A stretch of DNA of 40,000 nt, taken from the sequence record OL964756.1; one strand, written 5' to 3'. Positions 17,657 to 25,660 of this stretch are shown here, piece after piece; the stretch's first letter is position 1, and every line of letters begins with the position of its first letter. A model generated the notes under the pieces. That model had not been told where the DNA came from and did not search any database. It saw only the letters and a program-made list of their open reading frames with translations. The translations under genes were made by a program, and so were the position numbers. Source of the stretch: Aeromonas phage pAEv1810.

Positions 17657-18790
17657 ATGGAAAAAAGATTTAATGCATTATGGTGTTCTGATCAACATAC
17701 GTTACACCCTCATACCTCCACCCAGCACATTTTGGATAACATGAGTCGTTTCTATTACAAAGATAACAACTTAAGTGATATCGATCTAAGTGTTTGGGGT
17801 GGGGACTTCTTCCATGACTTAGCACCAGCTAATGACAGTAATCTGTTGTTAGTACACCGCTGGGTTAAAAAGTATCTACATAGTTGTCATGAACGTAAAG
17901 TCCATGTAAGAATATTAGAAGGAACTTCTTCCCACGATTGGGGTCAGCCAGAGACCTTGGAAGTACTAAAGCCAAAAGGATCTCCTTATATCAAATACAT
18001 TAACACGTTGAGCATTGAGTTTATTCCAGAACTAGATATCAATGTAATGTATGTTCCTGATAACTTTGGTAAAACTTCCACTGAAGATATTTATGATCAA
18101 GCAGTTGAACTGTTGGCCAATCATAACTTGACCCAAGTGGATTTTATCTTCTTACATGGCGGGTTTGTATTTCAGCTTCCACCAGTTGCCAATAAACACG
18201 GTACATTGTACGATGAATTGAAATGGAGTAAGTTAGCTAAACACGCTATCTTCTCAGGTCATATCCATAAACCCGGACAGAAATACAACATCTATTGTTC
18301 TGGTTCTTTTGATCGTATAGCTCATGGTGAAATGCACCCAAAGGGTGCTTACAAGTTCTCGTTTAACAAAGAACATTTTAGCGCTTCGTTCTATGAGAAT
18401 GCTTACGCACAGATCTACGATACGATCCAGATAACTCCAGAAACTAATGTTAAACAACTTAGCAAGATCATTGATAACTATTTAAGGAAATCTCCACCAC
18501 CTAAAACACGTATTAAAGTTAAAGGTGGTTTGTCAGCAGTAACAGTAGCTTTAATAAATGAGTACAAAGATCAATATCCGATGTACCATTTTGAAACCGA
18601 TAATGTTAAGGAAGAGAATATTGATATAGATGCTACTCTGTATTCTCCGGAAGACTATAAAGCTATTACGTTGACCAAAGATAACCTTAAAGCTAACTTG
18701 TTTAATTTCATGGAACCAACTATCGGTCAGAACGACGACATAGATAAAGCGTACCTTGAACAGTTATTAGACGAGGTAATGAATGGTTAA
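17657..18790 (+). CDS. calcineurin-like metallophosphoesterase (SbcD/gp47-like)
   Basis: SDQH, GGDFFHD, GTSSHD, LHGG and SGHIHKPG motifs in the expected order. Confidence 0.8.
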   Translation: MEKRFNALWCSDQHTLHPHTSTQHILDNMSRFYYKDNNLSDIDLSVWGGDFFHDLAPANDSNLLLVHRWVKKYLHSCHERKVHVRILEGTSSHDWGQPETLEVLKPKGSPYIKYINTLSIEFIPELDINVMYVPDNFGKTSTEDIYDQAVELLANHNLTQVDFIFLHGGFVFQLPPVANKHGTLYDELKWSKLAKHAIFSGHIHKPGQKYNIYCSGSFDRIAHGEMHPKGAYKFSFNKEHFSASFYENAYAQIYDTIQITPETNVKQLSKIIDNYLRKSPPPKTRIKVKGGLSAVTVALINEYKDQYPMYHFETDNVKEENIDIDATLYSPEDYKAITLTKDNLKANLFNFMEPTIGQNDDIDKAYLEQLLDEVMNG

Positions 18791-19595
18791 CCGTACACTA
18801 GGTACTGTGCCGATAAGTGTCGGTACTGCAATGGCTATAGAAGCTCTCCAGAGTGCTCCTATGCACAGATACCAAACACTCCTTGTCAATCTACGTACTG
18901 TGGTGAGAAACGCAAGAGAAGCGTTTGAGGAGCTTCCTAGCGAAACTGAACTTTTTAATGCAGCTAAAGATGATGTGGTAGGGATTGCGAATTACATTGC
19001 TGAACTTAAGTTAAAAACATTGCTTGATATTAAGTTCTATTATCCGAGTTATCAAGCTCTACCAAGACTCTTCCCATTAGCTAAATTAAAGGAACAAGAT
19101 CCTAGTAAACTAGTTAATCCAAAAGAAGAGAACAGAAAGAAAAAGATCATTCTTGATAATAATGTACTAAAACGTCTTATTAAAGAGTTTGATAAGTTTG
19201 TTTCCCAAGTGGATTCAAGTATTCCGCAGTTCTCAGGAGATGGATTAATCATCACTCATCATCCTGTTGATTTAGTAACAACAGAAAGTTACCACAGGTT
19301 GCATCTATTAGAATCACACACTGGATCGATAAAAGGTTACGTTCAGTTTTACACTAAACTAACCGGAGGGAAAGAGTTGACCAATATCCCATTGAACAAA
19401 CTGACTATTCAGATCTTTGGTGACAATGCGGTTAACTTCATGTCCCAGTCAATCTCAGTGAAAAACGAAATCAAAGCTTTGGCTAAATCGGTACCTTGGA
19501 GTACTGCATCTACACCAAGCTTTATTGCAAGTACAATTAGACGGATGCCGAGTTCTGCACCAGAACGTGACATTCTACTCAAAATGATTAAGTAA
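18783..19595 (+). CDS. hypothetical protein
   Basis: 270-aa ORF, 8-nt overlap with the metallophosphoesterase, probably translationally coupled. Confidence 0.8.
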   Translation: MVNRTLGTVPISVGTAMAIEALQSAPMHRYQTLLVNLRTVVRNAREAFEELPSETELFNAAKDDVVGIANYIAELKLKTLLDIKFYYPSYQALPRLFPLAKLKEQDPSKLVNPKEENRKKKIILDNNVLKRLIKEFDKFVSQVDSSIPQFSGDGLIITHHPVDLVTTESYHRLHLLESHTGSIKGYVQFYTKLTGGKELTNIPLNKLTIQIFGDNAVNFMSQSISVKNEIKALAKSVPWSTASTPSFIASTIRRMPSSAPERDILLKMIK

Positions 19596-19608
19596 AAGGA
19601 ATATTAAC

Positions 19609-20355
19609 ATGTCTCAACAACAAGCTTTCCAACGTCGCCCTTCCTTGATTTCAAATGACTATCGATACCCCGCACCAATGTCCCGTGAACCTGTAGACGG
19701 TGCTAAGTACCCAGCCCGTTGGACCTGGGAACAAGGTCTGGATGGTAAAATCTATTTCAAAGTTAACGATGGTGTATTCGGTAAAGATGACCGTAACGCC
19801 AAAATGAAAGAAGTCGAAATGTCGGCCATGGATCGACTGTCTCTATTCGAACTAATGAAAGATGCTTGTGACAACGCCAACTTTACCAAAACGCAATACC
19901 ACGTTAAGAAGGTTACATTCGGCGCCGGTGGTCGTTTGAACGAACATCCGTCCACCCTTGGTATTTTTACCGTTATGCGTAGCCAAGATGGTCGTATCTC
20001 AGTAGGTTACACCAAAGGTTCCTACAAAGTTATGTTTGAATTCAAATCACCATTTGATTCAATGATTATGGTCGCTAAAGACGGTGAGCCTTGCGAAGAA
20101 CCAGGTTTGATGAGCCGTGTGTATTGTAAAGCATTTATCAATTTCTACGGTCCATATCTTAACGAGCTAGAGATCGCTGGTTACAAACCTCGCGAAAGCA
20201 AGAGCGCTGGTGGTAACAATAACTCTGGTGGCAACAGCGGTTGGAATAACAACCGTGGTGGGAATGGCGGTAATAACTGGAATGGTAACGGTGGTAACAA
20301 TAACTCCCAACGTAAACCGGATCCCACTTCTTTTGATGATGACATTGACTTCTAA
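19609..20355 (+). CDS. putative ssDNA-binding protein (SSB-like architecture)
   Basis: 248 aa: folded N-domain, Gly/Asn-rich linker (GGNNNSGGNSGWNNNRGG...), acidic tip SFDDDIDF resembling bacterial SSB DDDIPF. Confidence 0.55.
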   Translation: MSQQQAFQRRPSLISNDYRYPAPMSREPVDGAKYPARWTWEQGLDGKIYFKVNDGVFGKDDRNAKMKEVEMSAMDRLSLFELMKDACDNANFTKTQYHVKKVTFGAGGRLNEHPSTLGIFTVMRSQDGRISVGYTKGSYKVMFEFKSPFDSMIMVAKDGEPCEEPGLMSRVYCKAFINFYGPYLNELEIAGYKPRESKSAGGNNNSGGNSGWNNNRGGNGGNNWNGNGGNNNSQRKPDPTSFDDDIDF

Positions 20356-20379
20356 GAAAAACTTTTAACACATTTAAAG

Positions 20380-20406
20380 AGAGAGAAGGCTTAAAGCCTT
20401 CTCTCT
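20380..20406 (+). terminator. terminator-like hairpin
   Basis: AGAGAGAAGGCTTaAAGCCTTCTCTCT. Confidence 0.7.
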
Positions 20407-20427
20407 ATTATATCTATTTTTACTGTT

Positions 20428-20451
20428 CTATATTTTTTCAGATAGATATTA
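20428..20451 (+). promoter_or_regulatory. putative phage promoter (repeated motif, copy 4)
   Basis: ctatattttttcagatagatatta; leader matches the 25607 copy up to the start codon region. Confidence 0.6.
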
Positions 20452-20481
20452 TTTAAGTGTTATTCTAGGGGAGTGTTTAAA

Positions 20482-22083
20482 ATGCGTTATAGCACCGTAC
20501 TTTCTGGGAAACGACGGATTGATTCTGTTATCGTTTCTCACAATAATGAACAGATTGAATTTAAGGGAACACAAACAGTTTGCGGTGGTGATGCTGACCA
20601 AGAGTTGTTTGAATTCATGAACATCTTCTTTGAAGGTTGTCGTGATAGTACAATGGATCAATTGTGGAATTTGTTTAAGGAAGGTAAACGAATTCTTCAG
20701 CCTGGTTATTTCGAGGAAGCAGAAACTGCCGAATTATCAGAACTTCGTGAACGTAGTTTGGATTATCAGTTCCTAATCGAGAAGCTGGGTCCTATTATCA
20801 AACGGATGTATGAGCTGGTCACTCCCAATGAGATTGCTTACGCAGCGCAAGTAACAGGTCGCACTGTAGCTCCTAAAGACTTGATGCGCATGGCAGCTAT
20901 GGGGGACTATCCGGAAGAGACCACTATTGATAATGACAAGTATGCTGAGTTGGTTAAACTAGCTTTCACAGCTCAACTTTGTTTCCCTCTTATTAACCAG
21001 TTGTTAGATCAGATCAACGAAGTAACAGGTAAAGAGTATCAATATGCAGTAGTAGGTAGCATGATTTCCCAAATCCCTAGTATCGTAGAGATACCTGGTT
21101 GGAAAATCATGGATACTTATATCCGTGCTAGTTGTGCTCGTAAAGATAGTAAACGGGAAAATACTGATGTAGTATCTGAGGAACGATATGTAGATTATAT
21201 CGTATTCGAGGGACTGTTTAGTAAACTTTCTTTGTCATTTATCCCAAGTCAGCTCAAAGACAAGAACTTGTCCAAAGAGCTAAACTCATTAGTAGAAGGA
21301 AAGATCCGTAAAGAACAATCTACTAAGTTTACACGGTTCTCTGAAAGTAAACCAGGTAGCGACGATCAATCCATTCCAGAAAGTTATCGTATTGCCCAAA
21401 CAGTAAACGGTTCTGACGAAGAAGCGATGGCAGAGTTCTTCTCATTTGGGATGTTTGATGAGGAAGATAAACCTCGTTATAAAGACATCTTTAAACACCA
21501 AGCAAAAGCTCTTGGAATTAAAGCTGAGAAAACTGTGGAGAAGTTGTACCATAATCTTCCAACTGTCTGGGATTTTCGTTTCACCAACATTCAGAATCAA
21601 TTACTCCAGTTAGCATTTATTGATGATATTAACTATTATCTTTATCCTGCTATGGATTATCGTCAGCTAACTGCTGCAATGTGTTTAGCACAAGTTAAAC
21701 TATTTGAACAAGGTTATGAACATCTTGCTCAATTAGTCTGTGCTATGCGTTCTAATGCTGTTCCGATTACTTACATGGGAGATGAATTCAAACTCTCTAC
21801 CAAAGAGCGAGAAGATCTAATCGATCTGTGTTATATCTATGTGGGTCAATCCACTGCTAGTACAGATAACATGTTAGTGATGTCAGTCCAATCTTTCCTA
21901 GATGAATTAGCGGCTTCTGGGTGGGAATCCAATATTGAACCAGGATTATTGGGAAATCAGAAGTTCCTTGATGCGATGTCACCTGGTGACATGTATCCCA
22001 TCGATCTAGTACCAGAGATTAAACGTGAGTTACTTGCGTTGATTACTCAAACCCATAGTGTAGAAAAAGAAAACGAGGAATAA
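20482..22083 (+). CDS. probable phiKZ gp68-like nvRNAP fifth subunit
   Basis: 533 aa; assignment by size and by being the third gene upstream of the beta C-terminal gene (gp68-69-70-71/73-74 order). ATG 20482 preferred over GTG 20473. Confidence 0.6.
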   Translation: MRYSTVLSGKRRIDSVIVSHNNEQIEFKGTQTVCGGDADQELFEFMNIFFEGCRDSTMDQLWNLFKEGKRILQPGYFEEAETAELSELRERSLDYQFLIEKLGPIIKRMYELVTPNEIAYAAQVTGRTVAPKDLMRMAAMGDYPEETTIDNDKYAELVKLAFTAQLCFPLINQLLDQINEVTGKEYQYAVVGSMISQIPSIVEIPGWKIMDTYIRASCARKDSKRENTDVVSEERYVDYIVFEGLFSKLSLSFIPSQLKDKNLSKELNSLVEGKIRKEQSTKFTRFSESKPGSDDQSIPESYRIAQTVNGSDEEAMAEFFSFGMFDEEDKPRYKDIFKHQAKALGIKAEKTVEKLYHNLPTVWDFRFTNIQNQLLQLAFIDDINYYLYPAMDYRQLTAAMCLAQVKLFEQGYEHLAQLVCAMRSNAVPITYMGDEFKLSTKEREDLIDLCYIYVGQSTASTDNMLVMSVQSFLDELAASGWESNIEPGLLGNQKFLDAMSPGDMYPIDLVPEIKRELLALITQTHSVEKENEE

Positions 22084-22088
22084 ATAAA

Positions 22089-23627
22089 ATGCAACTAGTT
22101 AACGCTCAAGTCGGCCTGACCAACCTGTACCCTGATCAAGTAATCCGTAATCCAGCAGTGAACATGGATAACCAGGTAATTGATACCTTGGTTTCCGAGA
22201 ATCTGCAAGGTGGTGTAAACGAACGTTCCCTGTTAACAGCCGCTGCTCTTTCAGGTGGACTTAATGCCCAAGCTACTGGGTTTGCCACCATCCAGAATGG
22301 CTGGAATGATAGCAAGGGTCTGATGAAGCTGGATTTCATTATTCAGGATTCTCCAGTAGCGGTCCAATACATGCATGTGATTGGTTATATCCATAATAAC
22401 AACTCACAAGGTCTTGACCTGAATGCTATATTTGTTCCGCAGTTCAGCTGGAAAAGCGAAGACCGGATGGTGGGTTCTGGTTTGCTGGATATGCCAACCA
22501 CTACCAAGCGTACCATTGGGCAACGTACTGATTACCTGATGAACGATGGTTCGGCTTCTGATCAAATGGTTACCATGCGTCCCGGTGACGTAGTGGAGTA
22601 TGCACTTAACAATGCAACTCAGCAATCCATTATCGATCAGATGGAAGCCGAAGGTCTGGAAGGGATGACCCCAGTTGGTACAGTAGCCGGTTCTAATATC
22701 TCACGGGTGGGTGTAATTGCATCCAAACGGGGTAACTTGAACCCTGCTGGTTATGCAGCTGACATCCTGGGTGCTGGGCTATCTGTTCAACGTGGTCAGA
22801 GGGTATACCAGGGCGGAACCGAAATGGATGGTGTCATCCAAGGTCACGGGGAGGGTTTGTTTGGAGAACTAGCTAACTCAGCTCACCAAGTGGGTGGCAC
22901 CGAACCTGCTATCATGCGCGACAACTTCTTTGCTGAAATGTCATCTATGCTTGGTAATGTCCGGATGGCTGGGTTTACCGGTTATACCATTAATGACCTA
23001 CTGATGGTATTCGACAACCTGAACGAAGTACTTGACCTTACTTTGTTCGATGCTGAACAATACCGTGTGGATGATCTTTCTCTGAGTTGTGAAAGTATGG
23101 GTACTTCTCAGCTCGGTGAGTTTGTCAGTCATGAAATCATGATGAACGTTATGGATCTGCTGATCAAGTACGGTTTGACCACAATCTCTTTCCGTGGTTC
23201 TAACTGTGATAACTTTGGTGGTGATGGTGGATTGAGTAACATTGTTATTCTTCCGTATAACGTAACATCATTAACCGAGAATGATTTTGACATGGGTTCT
23301 AAAGCAGAAGCTTTTGTAACCGCACTGACTAATCAAATCTTCACCAAACTCAATGGTATCAGTATTAACCAGTTGACCCCGATTCGTTTTGATGTCCACG
23401 CAGAACTCTTTGGTACCACTACTATTAATATGTGTGTAGTAACCGAAGATAACATCTCAACCGGATTCTCCATGAATGACGCTGGATCAGTCTCTGGGAT
23501 GCAATCTCGTACCTTCCCGACTTTTGCTATTAACAACGCTTCCTCTATTCTGGGTAATGATTCTACCGCGATCCAGATGGGTGCTAACTTCTATAGCAAC
23601 ATTAACGAATACTTCACCGGCTACTAA
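22089..23627 (+). CDS. conserved phiKZ gp69-like protein
   Basis: 512 aa, high-expression codon usage, syntenic position between gp68-like and gp70-like genes. Confidence 0.6.
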   Translation: MQLVNAQVGLTNLYPDQVIRNPAVNMDNQVIDTLVSENLQGGVNERSLLTAAALSGGLNAQATGFATIQNGWNDSKGLMKLDFIIQDSPVAVQYMHVIGYIHNNNSQGLDLNAIFVPQFSWKSEDRMVGSGLLDMPTTTKRTIGQRTDYLMNDGSASDQMVTMRPGDVVEYALNNATQQSIIDQMEAEGLEGMTPVGTVAGSNISRVGVIASKRGNLNPAGYAADILGAGLSVQRGQRVYQGGTEMDGVIQGHGEGLFGELANSAHQVGGTEPAIMRDNFFAEMSSMLGNVRMAGFTGYTINDLLMVFDNLNEVLDLTLFDAEQYRVDDLSLSCESMGTSQLGEFVSHEIMMNVMDLLIKYGLTTISFRGSNCDNFGGDGGLSNIVILPYNVTSLTENDFDMGSKAEAFVTALTNQIFTKLNGISINQLTPIRFDVHAELFGTTTINMCVVTEDNISTGFSMNDAGSVSGMQSRTFPTFAINNASSILGNDSTAIQMGANFYSNINEYFTGY

Positions 23628-23648
23628 TTTTAGATGTAAGGATTTACA

Positions 23649-25169
23649 ATGAACCAACTTAACAGTATTTACCAATCCATGCTCAAATCCTGGGGTGTGA
23701 GTTTCACTCCCGATCACGAACTGATCCTGAATATGGCTGGTCAAGAAGTTCCAGTTAAAGTAGAAGATAAACAAGTGTACCTTCCTACTAATGATAACCT
23801 TAATGGTATTACCATTGGTAAGGTATTCTTCCATCCCGCTTGTGAATCAGTAATGTCTAAGGAAACTGAGATCTTCAAAGTTATCCGTAAACTTACCTGT
23901 GCACGTATTTACCAAGTATTCCAACCTATCGCTCAAGTACTGTTTGCTGTAGCCGGTAAGAAGACTGGTAAAACTACTTCTGGTAAGATGTTGGAGAAAC
24001 TGGAGCCGTTTAAGAATGCTTCTAAAGAAGTTAAAGAAGATGTTCTTACTCTGATCAAAGGTATTGGGATCACTCTGGAAGGTACGGGTATCGATAATCG
24101 TCTTATCAACTGGAATCTGATCAAAGGTGGTAAAGATGATCAAGATCGTCATGTTTATTACACAGCTATCCCAGATTACCCGTATTACCTGGAACTGTGC
24201 CGAGTAGTAGCTCAAAACGATCATGTTAAGCAAACAGGTCGTTTGAACTTCAATAACAGTAATGTAAGTAAAGCCGCCATGGAGTTGGTGATTTATCTGT
24301 TCGAGATGGTATTCCCGTCCTCGCTTGATAACACTGTAGCGAGTTACTCAGTTGTGTCTCCGGATGCTGCTCGTTTAACAGCTTATCTACACTCTTACGG
24401 TTTGGTGGTAAGTGAGCTCAATTCCCTGATCAGTAAGTTCCGTAAGGATTTCGATACTATTGGTATTTATGGTATTGAACTGGACTGGTTGACTGAACTG
24501 GATTCACTGGGTGAATACAAAGGTCTTATCCCTCCTCTGGACTACAACAACTACAATGTAACTACCTCTGGTGACAATGTAGGAAGTCGTGCTCCCAGTA
24601 AAGCAGTCACTACTTTTAATCTATTCGGCGGTAACACTACTCAACAAAACCAACAACAAACCAACACAGCTGTAAAACAACCTAATGCTCCAGCAGCTCG
24701 ACCTGGTGAACATTACATGGGGTGTGACTACACTGAGTCCAATGGTGTATTTGAGTTTAAGTTCCAAATGCCTGGTGGTTTGATCCGTTCTGTATCAATG
24801 ACCGAAGATAACCGTATTATCAATGAAATTGTAATCAACCCTGCAATGAGCGCGATGAACGGTCTCGGTAACACCCCCCTTGGCGGCATGAACGATCCAC
24901 GTTTGCTTATGGCTCTTGCTCAAATGCAAAACAACGGTATCCCTCCCCTGATGGGCATGGGTGGTAACAACGGTGGTGGTTTTGTTCGCGACCCTTATAC
25001 TGGTCAAATGGTTCCTACCGGCGGTAATAACGGTTATAACAACAATGGTTATAACACAGCACCACTTGGTTCCAATGATGCTTGGGGGAATAACAACAAT
25101 CAATATCAACCTATGGACGCTTACACAGCTACCGGTGCAGGTGGTACTGTAAGTGTAAATAACTTCTAA
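23649..25169 (+). CDS. conserved phiKZ gp70-like protein with Gly/Asn/Gln-rich C-terminus
   Basis: 506 aa; syntenic position; low-complexity tail GGNNGYNNNGYN... Confidence 0.6.
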   Translation: MNQLNSIYQSMLKSWGVSFTPDHELILNMAGQEVPVKVEDKQVYLPTNDNLNGITIGKVFFHPACESVMSKETEIFKVIRKLTCARIYQVFQPIAQVLFAVAGKKTGKTTSGKMLEKLEPFKNASKEVKEDVLTLIKGIGITLEGTGIDNRLINWNLIKGGKDDQDRHVYYTAIPDYPYYLELCRVVAQNDHVKQTGRLNFNNSNVSKAAMELVIYLFEMVFPSSLDNTVASYSVVSPDAARLTAYLHSYGLVVSELNSLISKFRKDFDTIGIYGIELDWLTELDSLGEYKGLIPPLDYNNYNVTTSGDNVGSRAPSKAVTTFNLFGGNTTQQNQQQTNTAVKQPNAPAARPGEHYMGCDYTESNGVFEFKFQMPGGLIRSVSMTEDNRIINEIVINPAMSAMNGLGNTPLGGMNDPRLLMALAQMQNNGIPPLMGMGGNNGGGFVRDPYTGQMVPTGGNNGYNNNGYNTAPLGSNDAWGNNNNQYQPMDAYTATGAGGTVSVNNF

Positions 25170-25185
25170 ACAACAATAAGGTAGT

Positions 25186-25215
25186 CCTGTAAGTCAGCTA
25201 ATGCTGACTTACAGG
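25186..25215 (+). terminator. terminator-like hairpin
   Basis: CCTGTAAGTCAGC-taat-GCTGACTTACAGG. Confidence 0.75.
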
Positions 25216-25230
25216 CTATTAAACTAATCT

Positions 25231-25569
25231 TTAATTTTCTCTTCTAACTCTTGTTACCTGAATAACAGAGTTAATGTTTTCTCTAGTAACAGTCCAAATC
25301 CCTTTTAAGTGGGAGAAATCTTGATTAGGATTCTCTATTCCATTTAAATAAGAAATAGTCCAGATCATATCTTCAGGAATAAGACTATTCATTCCCCCCA
25401 TACTCCTAAGTAGTTTATGAAAGTTATTACGATAAGCAAATCGTAAACTATCATCTACGAAAGGAGAGAATGAAGCTCTAGCCAAAAGGATTTCTTTACA
25501 GCTTCGAATAATAGTTTTGTATTCTTCAGTGTAGAAAAAAGAATTACCAGAGTTCATAGAAATTGGCAT
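25231..25569 (-). CDS. hypothetical protein, 112 aa
   Basis: Minus-strand ORF; start at 25569 (MPISMNSGNSFF) with AAGGAAA upstream on the minus strand; the longer start at 25692 would overlap the RNAP gene. Confidence 0.6.
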   Translation of the reverse strand: MPISMNSGNSFFYTEEYKTIIRSCKEILLARASFSPFVDDSLRFAYRNNFHKLLRSMGGMNSLIPEDMIWTISYLNGIENPNQDFSHLKGIWTVTRENINSVIQVTRVRREN

Positions 25570-25606
25570 GACAAAAGTTTCCTTTTTTATTAATTTTTTA
25601 CAAGCC

Positions 25607-25630
25607 CTATAATATTTCAGACCGATATTA
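25607..25630 (+). promoter_or_regulatory. putative phage promoter (repeated motif, copy 5)
   Basis: ctataatatttcagaccgatatta upstream of the RNAP beta C-terminal gene. Confidence 0.6.
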
Positions 25631-25660
25631 TTAGAATGTAATTCTAGGGAGATATTAAAA

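Noticed and set aside
17657-19595. Metallophosphoesterase plus neighbour as a novel defence module
   Set aside because: SbcD-like phage DNA-metabolism genes are common; tight coupling to replication-type genes makes a defence island interpretation unsupported.
20200-20320. GGTAACAATAAC/GGTGG tandem-like repeats as a CRISPR or repeat array
   Set aside because: Irregular codon-level repeats encoding the Gly/Asn linker of the SSB-like protein; no uniform repeat or spacer structure.
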